Under the pieces are notes generated by a model. It saw only the letters and a list, made by a program, of their open reading frames with translations. It was not told where the DNA came from and did no database searches. The position numbers were made by a program, and so were the translations under genes. This document shows, piece by piece, positions 36,065 through 44,281 of a stretch of DNA of 44,281 nt. The stretch is from assembly GCA_005882295.1 (NCBI GenBank), contig VBAI01000007.1, positions 1 to 44,281 of the forward strand, read 5' to 3'. The stretch is from Candidatus Segetimicrobium genomatis (GTDB taxonomy: Bacteria > Sysuimicrobiota > Sysuimicrobiia > Sysuimicrobiales > Kaftiobacteriaceae). Position 1 is the first letter of the stretch. Every line of letters starts with the position of its first letter.

Positions 36065-37088
36065 CGCGCATGCGAGGATTCCGCGCCATAGCAGCGCTCG
36101 AGCGATGCTCCGTGCCACCGGTCTCTTCGGCCTGGCGTTTGTCATCTTTGCTGCGGTGCTGCTGGCCGCGGGCAAAGATCCAATCCGGGCGTACAGGGAC
36201 ATCCTCTCCAGCACACTTGTTGACCGCTACGGGTTCTCGGAGGTGCTGGTCAAGATGATCCCGCTCATGCTGACGGCCCTGGCGGTGGCGATCCCATCCC
36301 GCATCTGGCTGATCAACATCGGGGGGGAGGGACAGCTGTACATGGGGGCGTTGTTCGCCACCTGGGCCGCCACTTACTTTGCGGCGTTGCCGGCATGGGA
36401 GCTCCTGCCGCTGGTCGCTGCCCTGGGGTTCCTTGGTGGTGGACTCTGGGCGGCGATCTCCGGCGTGATGCGCGCCTACGGCTGGGTCAGCGAAACGATT
36501 TCCACCCTTCTGCTCAATTACGTCGCCATCCTCATTGTCAGCTTCTTCGTGTTTGGCCCCTGGAAGGATCCCGAAAGCGCCAACTACCCCCAGACGGCTG
36601 AGTTCGTGGCTGCCGCCCGCCTGCCGACGTTCTTCGGCACGCGCGTCCACCTCGGGCTTCTCATTGCCCTCGTGGCCTTCATCGTGTACCACGTGGTGTT
36701 GACCAGGACACGGTGGGGGCTGGAAATCCGCGCCATGGGGGGCAACATGGAGGCCGCCCGCCGGAGCGGCATCGCCATCGGCAGGTACGTGCTCGTGTTG
36801 ATGTTCATCGGCGGCGGCCTGGCTGGTCTCGCCGGAGTGGGGGAGGTGTCGGCGATCCAGGGGCGGCTGCGACCGAGTCTGTCCCCAGGCTATGGCTACA
36901 CGGGGTTTCTCATCAGCTGGATTGCCGGGGGCAACCCGTACGGCATCGTGGCGTCGGCGTTGCTGATGGCCGTGATCACCGCCGGGGGCGATGTCCTGCA
37001 GATGGCACATCGCCTCCCAGGCTCCGTGGTGAACATCCTGATGGCCTTGATGCTGTTTGTCGTGCTGGCCAGGAGGAGGGTGCCGTGA
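36057..37088 (+). CDS. Nucleoside ABC transporter permease 1
   Basis: NIGGEGQLYMG, ETISTLLLNY, GLAGLAG, GYGYTG. Confidence 0.9.
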   Translation: MASAHARIPRHSSARAMLRATGLFGLAFVIFAAVLLAAGKDPIRAYRDILSSTLVDRYGFSEVLVKMIPLMLTALAVAIPSRIWLINIGGEGQLYMGALFATWAATYFAALPAWELLPLVAALGFLGGGLWAAISGVMRAYGWVSETISTLLLNYVAILIVSFFVFGPWKDPESANYPQTAEFVAAARLPTFFGTRVHLGLLIALVAFIVYHVVLTRTRWGLEIRAMGGNMEAARRSGIAIGRYVLVLMFIGGGLAGLAGVGEVSAIQGRLRPSLSPGYGYTGFLISWIAGGNPYGIVASALLMAVITAGGDVLQMAHRLPGSVVNILMALMLFVVLARRRVP

Positions 37089-37999
37089 GCGTTCCCTTCG
37101 TCGAGAGTGTCTTGCTGGGGGCGATCCTCTCAGGAATGCCCGTACTCTACGCCGCGCTGGGTGAGGTGATCGTGGAGCGGGCCGGCGTTGTGAATCTGGG
37201 CCTGGAAGGCGTCATGTTGATGGGGGCGGTGACCAGTTTCGCGTCCACCGTGCGCACGGGCAGCGCCGCGCTGGGTGTCCTGGCCGGGGCGACCGCGGGC
37301 GGGCTCTTCAACCTGATCCTAGCCCTGCTGGTGGTCACCCGGCAGGCCAATCAACTCGCCAGCGGACTGGCCTTGATGTTTTTCGGCGCAGGCGTCAGCG
37401 CGCTGCTCGGCGCTCCGTACATCGGCAGTCGCATCGCGGGATTGAACCCCCTCCAGATCCCGGGACTGGCCCACCTGCCCTACCTGGGTCCGTTGTTCAG
37501 ATCGGACATCCTCGCGTACCTGGCAATCCCGGCGGCAGCACTGGTATGGTGGGGACTGTTCCGGACGCGGTGGGGTCTGAGCCTACGGGCCGTGGGGGAG
37601 AATCCCGCAGCGGCGTATGCGGCAGGGTACAGCCCGCCGGCCATCCAATACCAGGCGCTCTTCCTCGCAGGGCTGTTTGGCGGCATCGCCGGCGCAGATC
37701 TCTCGATCGGGATCGTGAAGACCTGGGCGGAATGGATGACCGCCGGGCGTGGTTTCATCGCTGTGGCGTTGGTGATCTTCTCGCGATGGCATCCGCTGCG
37801 GATCGTGTGGGGGGCGGTGCTGTTCGGCGGAGCCGTGGCGCTGCAACTGCAGTTTCAGGCGCGTGGCGCGCCGGTCTCCCCGTTCCTGCTGGATACGCTT
37901 CCGTACCTCCTGAGCCTCGGGGTGCTGCTGGTCTGGGCGGGTGGACGGCGTCACGCGGCTCCGGCGAGTCTGGGACGGGTATTCGAAGGGACGAAGTGA
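37085..37999 (+). CDS. Nucleoside ABC transporter permease 2
   Basis: ERAGVVNLGLEGVML, LRAVGENP.AA, AGRGFIAVALVIF; GTGA overlap. Confidence 0.9.
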   Translation: MSVPFVESVLLGAILSGMPVLYAALGEVIVERAGVVNLGLEGVMLMGAVTSFASTVRTGSAALGVLAGATAGGLFNLILALLVVTRQANQLASGLALMFFGAGVSALLGAPYIGSRIAGLNPLQIPGLAHLPYLGPLFRSDILAYLAIPAAALVWWGLFRTRWGLSLRAVGENPAAAYAAGYSPPAIQYQALFLAGLFGGIAGADLSIGIVKTWAEWMTAGRGFIAVALVIFSRWHPLRIVWGAVLFGGAVALQLQFQARGAPVSPFLLDTLPYLLSLGVLLVWAGGRRHAAPASLGRVFEGTK

Positions 38000-38039
38000 G
38001 TGGAGAGCACTCGAATCGATTCAGAAGGGGGTGGATGAC

Positions 38040-39152
38040 ATGAGGCAGAGAGGACCGCATCCGCTGCGGGTGCTGCTCGTCCTGGTGACCAGCCTGATGC
38101 TGGTGGTGATCACGATGGGTGGAGCCGCGCGGCAGGCGAATGCCGCGCCTCCGGCGCTGATCGTCGGGATCCTGCACATCGGCTCCGTCACCGACGGGGG
38201 GTACAATCAGGCGCACGCGGAAGGCGTCCGGTACATGCAGAAGATGCTCCCCGGCATCGAGGTGATAGAAGTCGAGAACGTTCCGGAGAGCGCGGACGCT
38301 GAGCGCGTGATGGAGACCATGATCCAGCGCGGCGCCAAGCTCATTATTGCCGCGAGTTTCGGCTATCTCGACCCGGCGTTGAATGTGGCGAAGCGGCACC
38401 CCGACGTGAAGTTTGAGCATCCCAGCGGTTACAAACTCGCTCCAAACCTGGGCACGTACTGGGCCAACACCCAAGACGGCTTCTATCTGATGGGGATGGC
38501 CGCCGGCAAGATGACCAAGACCCACAAGGCCGGCTTCGTGGTCGCGCTGCCTGTCAGCTTCTTCCTCGCGAATGTCAACGCATTCCATTTGGGCGCGCGC
38601 TCTGTGGATCCGCAGTTTGAGACCCGCGTGGTCTTCACAGGGACATTCCTGGATCCGGGGAAGGAGGCGACGGCGACCAACGCGCTGCTGGACCAGGGCG
38701 CGGACGTGATGGCCATGATCGTGGACTCCCCCATTACCGTGGTGCAGGTTGCTGAGCGCCAGGGAGCGTATTCGGTCGGCTACCACTACGTGGGAGTGCA
38801 GAAATTCGCGCCCAAGGGGTGGATCAGCGGTCTCGCCTTCAACTGGGGTCCCCTCTACGTCCGGTTTGCCAGGGCGGTCATGGACGGGACCTGGAGGAGC
38901 GAAGCAATCTACGGGAACGTGGCCAGCGACTACCTGGTCATCGCGCCCTTCGGTCCCGCTGTTCCGGCGTCCGTCGTCCGGCAGGTCAGCGCCAGCAAAC
39001 AGGCGATGATCAACGGGCAGTTGCGCGTATTTATGGGGCCCATCAAGGACAACCACGGGAACCTGCGAGTGGCAGAAGGACAGGTGCTCACCGACCAGGA
39101 TTACGGGAAGATGGACTGGCTGGCAGAGGGCGTCATTGGCCAGCCGCGGTAA
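38040..39152 (+). CDS. BMP-family ABC substrate-binding protein (purine/nucleoside type)
   Basis: G..TDGGYNQAH, ENVPE, SFGY, NAF.LGA, FLDPGKE, FNWGP.Y, F.GPIKDN.G. Confidence 0.9.
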   Translation: MRQRGPHPLRVLLVLVTSLMLVVITMGGAARQANAAPPALIVGILHIGSVTDGGYNQAHAEGVRYMQKMLPGIEVIEVENVPESADAERVMETMIQRGAKLIIAASFGYLDPALNVAKRHPDVKFEHPSGYKLAPNLGTYWANTQDGFYLMGMAAGKMTKTHKAGFVVALPVSFFLANVNAFHLGARSVDPQFETRVVFTGTFLDPGKEATATNALLDQGADVMAMIVDSPITVVQVAERQGAYSVGYHYVGVQKFAPKGWISGLAFNWGPLYVRFARAVMDGTWRSEAIYGNVASDYLVIAPFGPAVPASVVRQVSASKQAMINGQLRVFMGPIKDNHGNLRVAEGQVLTDQDYGKMDWLAEGVIGQPR

Positions 39153-39161
39153 GACCTCACG

Positions 39162-40415
39162 ATGGCGTCGCCGATGAGGGAACGCATCGAGGCCGCCAAT
39201 GCCCAGGCGGTCGGTCGGATCACGTCCGCTGACCCGGTCTTGATCGACATCGCCCCGGCCGGTGAGGTGATTCCGGGTCTGGTCGGCCGGATGATCCTTC
39301 ACTCCGGGCCTCCGGTCGGCTGGTCGCGGATGTGCGGGGCGCAGCGTGGCGCCTGCATCGGCATGGTCCTCTTCGAAGGGTGGGCCAAAAACCCGGCGGA
39401 GGCGGAGCAGCTGCTGGCGAGCGGGGCGATTACGCTTGAGCCCAACCACCACCATCAGGCGGTGGGGCCCATGGCGGGGACCATTACCAGATCGCTGCCG
39501 GTGTTTGTGGTGAAGGACACCGCGTCTGGCTCCCGCGCGTGTTGCCGCCAGGTGGAGGGCCGCCAGCAGTTCGGCGACTACAGCGACGAGGCTCTGGACG
39601 GACTTCGGCGATGGCGTGATGTCTGGGCACCGTCGCTGAGGCAGGGGATTCAGCAGAAAGGTGGGGTGACGCTGCGGCCCATCATCGCCAAGGCGTTGCA
39701 GATGGGTGATGAGTTACACAACCGTCCGGTGGCAGCGACAACGTTGTTCGCCGACGTCATGGCGCTCGCCATGGTTGAGGCCGGGGTCTCGAAGAACAAC
39801 CTGCTGGCGACGCTGGCGCACCTGACGTACAATGAGTTCTTCTTCCTCGGTCTTTCGATGGCATCCGCCAAGGCGTTTTGCGACGCCGCCGCGGGGATTG
39901 CATACAGCACTGTCGTCACCGCGATGGCCCGCAACGGGACCGAATTTGGCATCAGGGTGAGCGGCCTGGGGGACGAATGGTACACGGCGCCGGCCCCACG
40001 AATTGATGGTCTGTATCTCACCGGCTACTCCGCCGACGATGCCGGACTGGACATGGGAGATTCCGCCATCACTGAGACCGTAGGATGGGGCGGGTTCGTG
40101 CTCGGCGGAGCTCCAGGGATCCTGAGCCTGATCGGCGGGACGAGCGAGCAGGCGATGCAGATCAGCCGGGACATGGGGGAGATCACGGTCGCGACCCATC
40201 CCACGTACCGCATTCCGGCCCTGGGATTTGTGGGGGCGCCGGTGGGCATCGACATCGTGAAGGTCATGCGCTCCGGGATCGTCCCCGTGATCGACACGGC
40301 CATCGCCCACAAAGATCCCGGCTATCCGAAAATCGGCGCGGGTATGGTGCGCGCGCCGAGCGAGTGTTTTGAGAAAGCCTTGCAGGCCTATGCCCGCAGA
40401 TATGGGCTCTCCTAG
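39162..40415 (+). CDS. DUF1116 (YlbE/AllG/YahG-like) protein
   Basis: ILHSGPP, AVGPMAG, MGDELHNR, AMARNG..FGIRVSG, DMGDSAITE..G.GG, I.TAIAHK..G...IGAG. Confidence 0.85.
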   Translation: MASPMRERIEAANAQAVGRITSADPVLIDIAPAGEVIPGLVGRMILHSGPPVGWSRMCGAQRGACIGMVLFEGWAKNPAEAEQLLASGAITLEPNHHHQAVGPMAGTITRSLPVFVVKDTASGSRACCRQVEGRQQFGDYSDEALDGLRRWRDVWAPSLRQGIQQKGGVTLRPIIAKALQMGDELHNRPVAATTLFADVMALAMVEAGVSKNNLLATLAHLTYNEFFFLGLSMASAKAFCDAAAGIAYSTVVTAMARNGTEFGIRVSGLGDEWYTAPAPRIDGLYLTGYSADDAGLDMGDSAITETVGWGGFVLGGAPGILSLIGGTSEQAMQISRDMGEITVATHPTYRIPALGFVGAPVGIDIVKVMRSGIVPVIDTAIAHKDPGYPKIGAGMVRAPSECFEKALQAYARRYGLS

Positions 40416-40418
40416 TCT

Positions 40419-40814
40419 ATGAAGAAGAGCGGCATCCTGAATGCTGAGTTGATGCGGGTGATCGCATCGATGGGCCATACCGACCTGCTGGTCATCGCCG
40501 ATAGCGGGCTCCCCATCCCCGCCTCGGTCCCCCGGATCGACCTGGCGCTGGTTGCGGGCGTCCCGTCGTTCCTGCAGGTGCTGCAGGCCGTGCTGGCTGA
40601 GCTGCAGGTGGAGGCCGCTACGGTCGCAGAGGAGATGCGACAGCGCAGCCCTGCTCTCTATCAGGCGGCGCGCCACCTGCTGGGCGCAACCCCGCTGCAA
40701 CACATCGCGCACGAGGAATTTAAGGCACTGCTGCCGCGGGTGCGGGGTGTCGTGCGTACCGGCGAGCAGACCCCCTACGCGAACATCATCCTGCAGAGTG
40801 GAGTGACGTTCTGA
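40419..40814 (+). CDS. rbsD: D-ribose pyranase
   Basis: MKKSGILN, GHTD..VIADSGLPIP, RIDLAL, HEEFK, RTGE.TPYANIILQSGVTF. Confidence 0.95.
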   Translation: MKKSGILNAELMRVIASMGHTDLLVIADSGLPIPASVPRIDLALVAGVPSFLQVLQAVLAELQVEAATVAEEMRQRSPALYQAARHLLGATPLQHIAHEEFKALLPRVRGVVRTGEQTPYANIILQSGVTF

Positions 40815-40819
40815 ACGAG

Positions 40820-40932
40820 ACGGAAATGCGGAAACGGGGAAACGCGGAACCGCGACGGGCAATGTGCAGGAAGCGCCGATTCGCGGAGCCTCAGGTAATT
40901 GCTTCCGCGATTCCGCGTTTCCGTGTTTCCGT
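40820..40932. repeat. 8-mer inverted tandem repeat element (GCGGAAAC)n...(GTTTCCGY)n
   Basis: ACGGAAAT GCGGAAAC GGGGAAAC GCGGAACC ... GCTTCCGC GATTCCGC GTTTCCGT GTTTCCGT; inside rbs operon. Confidence 0.85.
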
Positions 40933-40942
40933 CAGTCCGTAG

Positions 40943-42445
40943 ATGGACGCCACTCTTCTCGAGATGAGAGGTATAAGCAAGTCCTTCCCGGGGGTGCGTG
41001 CGCTGCAGGACGTTTCACTGGAGGTGCTGGCCGGCGAAGTCCACGCCCTCGTCGGCGAGAACGGCGCCGGCAAATCCACGCTGATGCGCATCCTCGGCGG
41101 CATTTACCCGCGTGATGCCGGCGAGATCCTGCTGCGCGGGTCGCGCGTGGAGATCGGCTCACCGACCCAGGCGCGCCAACTGGGGATCACGATCATCCAC
41201 CAGGAACTGAATCAGGTCCCGGCGCTCTCGGTGGCCGAGAACATTTTCCTGGGCCGCGAACCACGCCGCCCGCCGGGTCTGGTGAACTGGGATCAGATGT
41301 ACGCGCGTGCCGGACGGCTGCTCGCCGGCCTGGGGCTGTCCATCGATCCGCGTCGGAGAGTGGGTACCCTCACGGTCGCCGAGCAGCAGCTGGTGGAGAT
41401 CGCCAAGGCGCTCTCCGCGGACGCCGAGCTTGTCGTGATGGACGAACCAACCGCGGCATTGACCGTGGAGGAAACAGAGCGGCTGTTCAGGTTCATCCGT
41501 GACCTCCGGGCCCGTGGCGTCGGGATCATCTACATCACGCACCGGCTGGAGGAAATTTTCAAGATTGCGGACCGCGTGACCGTGCTGCGCGACGGACAAC
41601 GCGTGGGGACCTACACCGTTGCGGAGCTGACGATGGACGAGCTCATCCGCCTGATGGTCGGCCGGCAGCTGACCGAGAAATTCCCCAAGGAGGATGTGCC
41701 GCTGGGCAGCCCGGTCCTGGACGTCCGGGGGTTGACGAGACAGGGGCTCTTCCGCGACATCAGTTTTGTCGTCCATCGGGGTGAGATTCTGGGGATCGCG
41801 GGATTGATCGGCTCCGGCAAGGCAGAGGTCGCCCATGCCATCTTTGGGGCCGGGCCGCTGGATGCGGGGGAGATCCTGCTGGACGGGCAGCGCGTGATCA
41901 TTCGCTCGCCCGCCGATGCCATCGCGCTGGGCATCGGCCTGGTCACCGAGGATCGCAAGCGGCTGGGGCTGGTGCTCCCGATGAGCGTCCGCGCCAACAT
42001 CACCCTGCCGGTCCTGCGGCGCCTCCGGACGGCATTCGTGGTCCGGCGCGCAGACGAGACGGCGCTCATCCGCCAGGCGATCCACGATCTCGACATGGCC
42101 GTGACTTCGCCGGAACAGATCGTCCGCAACCTCAGCGGGGGCACGCAGCAGAAGGTGGTAGTGTCCAAATGGCTGCAAACTCGAGCCCGGGTGCTGCTGA
42201 TGGTCGAACCGACGCGTGGCATCGACGTGGGCGCGAAAGTGGAGATCTACCGGCTGATGACCGCGCTGGCGCGGCGCGGGGTGGGGATCGTGATGGTCTC
42301 CTCGGAGATGGAAGAGGTCCTCGGCATGAGTGACCGCATCCTCGTCATGCATGAAGGCGTGATCACCGCGGAGTTCCCCCGCGCCCAGGCCACCCAGGAG
42401 GCGATCATGGCGTCGGCGGCTGGGCGGGTGCACCGTGGAGTCTGA
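40943..42445 (+). CDS. rbsA: Ribose ABC transporter ATP-binding protein
   Basis: KSFPGVRAL, GENGAGKST, IHQEL, MDEPT, EDRK..GL, LSGG.QQKV; between rbsD and permease. Confidence 0.9.
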   Translation: MDATLLEMRGISKSFPGVRALQDVSLEVLAGEVHALVGENGAGKSTLMRILGGIYPRDAGEILLRGSRVEIGSPTQARQLGITIIHQELNQVPALSVAENIFLGREPRRPPGLVNWDQMYARAGRLLAGLGLSIDPRRRVGTLTVAEQQLVEIAKALSADAELVVMDEPTAALTVEETERLFRFIRDLRARGVGIIYITHRLEEIFKIADRVTVLRDGQRVGTYTVAELTMDELIRLMVGRQLTEKFPKEDVPLGSPVLDVRGLTRQGLFRDISFVVHRGEILGIAGLIGSGKAEVAHAIFGAGPLDAGEILLDGQRVIIRSPADAIALGIGLVTEDRKRLGLVLPMSVRANITLPVLRRLRTAFVVRRADETALIRQAIHDLDMAVTSPEQIVRNLSGGTQQKVVVSKWLQTRARVLLMVEPTRGIDVGAKVEIYRLMTALARRGVGIVMVSSEMEEVLGMSDRILVMHEGVITAEFPRAQATQEAIMASAAGRVHRGV

Positions 42446-43406
42446 CCGGCGCAGCCTGGCGGCGCTGCGAAAGCTCCCCCTGGCGCGCCTGGGGAGTGTT
42501 CTGCGGCGGTTCGGGATCGTCATCGCCTTCGCGTTGCTCGTCGTCATCCTCTCGCTCCTGAGTGAGTCGTTTCTCACCGTGAGCAACCTGCTCAACATCG
42601 CGCGGCAGGTTTCCATCAACGCGGTTATCGCCGCCGGCATGACTTTTGTCATCCTCACCGGCGGCATCGACCTGAGCGTGGGTTCGGTGCTGGCGGTCTC
42701 GGGAGCGGTCATCGCGGGCCTGCTCTCGGCGGGGCGCCCGCTGCTGGTGGGCATCGGGGCGGGACTGGCGGTCGGCGCCGCGTTGGGACTCCTCGACGGT
42801 CTGATCGTCACCCGCGGCAAGGTGCAGCCCTTTATCGCCACGCTGGGCATGCTGACCATCGGCCGCGGCCTGACGCTTGTCTATACCGGCGGCCGTCCGA
42901 TCACCGGGCTCCCGGATGCGTTTGTCTGGCTGGGCGCCGGCGAGGTGTCGAGGATCCCGGTGCCGGTGGTCATCATGATCCTGGTCTTCCTGATCTCGTA
43001 TGGGATCCTCACGCAGACCGTCTTCGGGCGCTACGTGTATGCGATCGGCGGCAACGAGGAGGCGGCGCGGCTCTCCGGCGTGGATGTCGCCACGCACAAG
43101 ACACTGGTCTACGTCATCAGCGGGGTCCTGTCCGCCGTCAGCGCGGTCATCCTGACCGCCCGCCTGAATTCCGCGCAGCCGACCGCCGGGGTGGGGTTCG
43201 AGCTGGACGCCATCGCCGCCGTGGTGCTGGGCGGCACGACGCTGGCCGGGGGGGAGGGCAGCATCGGTGGAACGTTGCAGGGCGCCTTCATCATCGGCGT
43301 CATTAACAACGGGCTGAACCTGCTGAATGTGAATCCATTTTACCAGCAGGTGGTCAAGGGGGCCGTCATTCTTCTGGCCGTGCTCCTCGACCGGCGGCTG
43401 CGATAA
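42435..43406 (+). CDS. rbsC: Ribose ABC transporter permease
   Basis: GMTFVILTGGIDLSVGS, PFIATLG, YAIGGNEEAARLSG, ELDAIAAVVLGGT. Confidence 0.92.
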   Translation: MESDRRSLAALRKLPLARLGSVLRRFGIVIAFALLVVILSLLSESFLTVSNLLNIARQVSINAVIAAGMTFVILTGGIDLSVGSVLAVSGAVIAGLLSAGRPLLVGIGAGLAVGAALGLLDGLIVTRGKVQPFIATLGMLTIGRGLTLVYTGGRPITGLPDAFVWLGAGEVSRIPVPVVIMILVFLISYGILTQTVFGRYVYAIGGNEEAARLSGVDVATHKTLVYVISGVLSAVSAVILTARLNSAQPTAGVGFELDAIAAVVLGGTTLAGGEGSIGGTLQGAFIIGVINNGLNLLNVNPFYQQVVKGAVILLAVLLDRRLR

Positions 43407-43468
43407 GATTAAGAACGGAACGTTTCGTCCGGTGAGTTGCGTTGAATATCTCGGAGGAGGGAGAACGT

Positions 43469-44281
43469 ATGCGAAGAGGGTTGCTCATTGTAGGCGTGTT
43501 GTTGTTGCTGTCCGTGATCCCGCTGTATGCGGCCGCCCCACCGACGGTGGGGCTGTCCCTCTCCACGCTCAATAATCCGTTCTTCGTCGATCTGCGCGAT
43601 GGGGCCCAGGCGGCCGCCAAGAAGATGAACGTCAACCTGGTGGTGGTGGATGCCCAAAATGACTCGGCGCGCGAGGCGAGCCAGATCGAAGACCTGATTC
43701 AGAAGAAGGTCGCCGTCATCGCTATTAACCCCACGGACAGCGACGCCATTGTGCCGACCATCAAGAAGATCAACGCCGCCAGAATCCCGGTGATCACTGT
43801 GGACCGTGGGGCGAACGGCGGCGTGGTCGCCGCCCACATCGCCTCCGACAACGTCGCCGGCGGGAAGATGGCCGCGCAGTACGTCGCCAAGCGACTGAAG
43901 GGGAAGGGCAGCGTGGTGATGCTGGAAGGCATCGCGGGGACCTCGGCCGCGCGCGACCGCGGCAAGGGTTTTCGTGATGGTCTGAAGGCGTACCCCAGTA
44001 TCAGGCTGGTCGCCGTGCAGACCGCGGACTTCGACCGCGCCAAGGGGCTGTCGGTCATGGAGAACATCCTGCAGGCGCAGAAAAAGATCGACGCGGTCTT
44101 CGCGCAGAACGATGAAATGGCGCTGGGCGCCATCCAGGCCATTGCGGCCGCGAAGCGGGAGAAAGAGATGTTCGTCGTAGGCTTTGACGCCATCGGCGAC
44201 GCGCTGGCGGCGATCAAGGCGGGGACGATGGCCGCGACGATCGCGCAGCAGCCCAAGGAGATGGGCCGGCTGGCGGTGGAG
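43469..44281 (+). CDS. rbsB: Ribose ABC transporter substrate-binding protein, 3'-truncated by window edge
   Basis: GGAGGAGG RBS; signal peptide then GLSLSTLNNPFFV, INPTDSDA, HIASDN..GG, ADFDR.KG, FAQNDEMALGA; absent from ORF track because no stop in window. Confidence 0.92.
   Translation, partial: MRRGLLIVGVLLLLSVIPLYAAAPPTVGLSLSTLNNPFFVDLRDGAQAAAKKMNVNLVVVDAQNDSAREASQIEDLIQKKVAVIAINPTDSDAIVPTIKKINAARIPVITVDRGANGGVVAAHIASDNVAGGKMAAQYVAKRLKGKGSVVMLEGIAGTSAARDRGKGFRDGLKAYPSIRLVAVQTADFDRAKGLSVMENILQAQKKIDAVFAQNDEMALGAIQAIAAAKREKEMFVVGFDAIGDALAAIKAGTMAATIAQQPKEMGRLAVE

Noticed and set aside
42190-42230. rbsA inactivation (MVEPTRG instead of LDEPTRG in second NBD)
   Set aside because: The second nucleotide site of this ABC family is typically degenerate; the frame is intact and NBD1 motifs are canonical

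Overview
High-GC bacterial chromosomal window, probably a Terrabacteria lineage (Firmicutes-like gene order with sigH, but GC-rich codon usage; taxonomy is inference). Left half (1-17 kb) is a thinned version of the conserved greA / clpC-radA-yacL-ispDF-cysS-rlmB-sigH housekeeping block. It is preceded by a COG5322/acyl-ACP-reductase-like gene pair and followed by small hypotheticals, moaA and tRNA-Thr(UGU). Right half (17-44 kb) is metabolic: Nudix, ACT protein, an A1-type cytochrome c oxidase operon with two subunit-III-like genes plus TlpA, MntH, two USPs, a bactofilin-like membrane protein, two Gfo/Idh/MocA oxidoreductases with a carbohydrate ABC transporter, an alpha/beta hydrolase, CapA, a BMP-type nucleoside ABC transporter with a lone DUF1116 gene, and rbsDACB (rbsB truncated by the window edge). 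No integrase, transposase, phage gene or CRISPR array was seen. The most unusual signals are non-coding. (1) Eight short-tandem-repeat elements (7-, 8- and 9-mer units, mostly as inverted arms) sit at gene ends, and two of them bracket one orphan gene. (2) The clpC leader carries a 13-codon Pro-Pro-Pro uORF and alternative anti-Shine-Dalgarno pairings where ctsR-mcsAB would be in Bacilli. (3) The greA leader has two tandem terminator-like hairpins. All family calls are by motif recognition, not database search.
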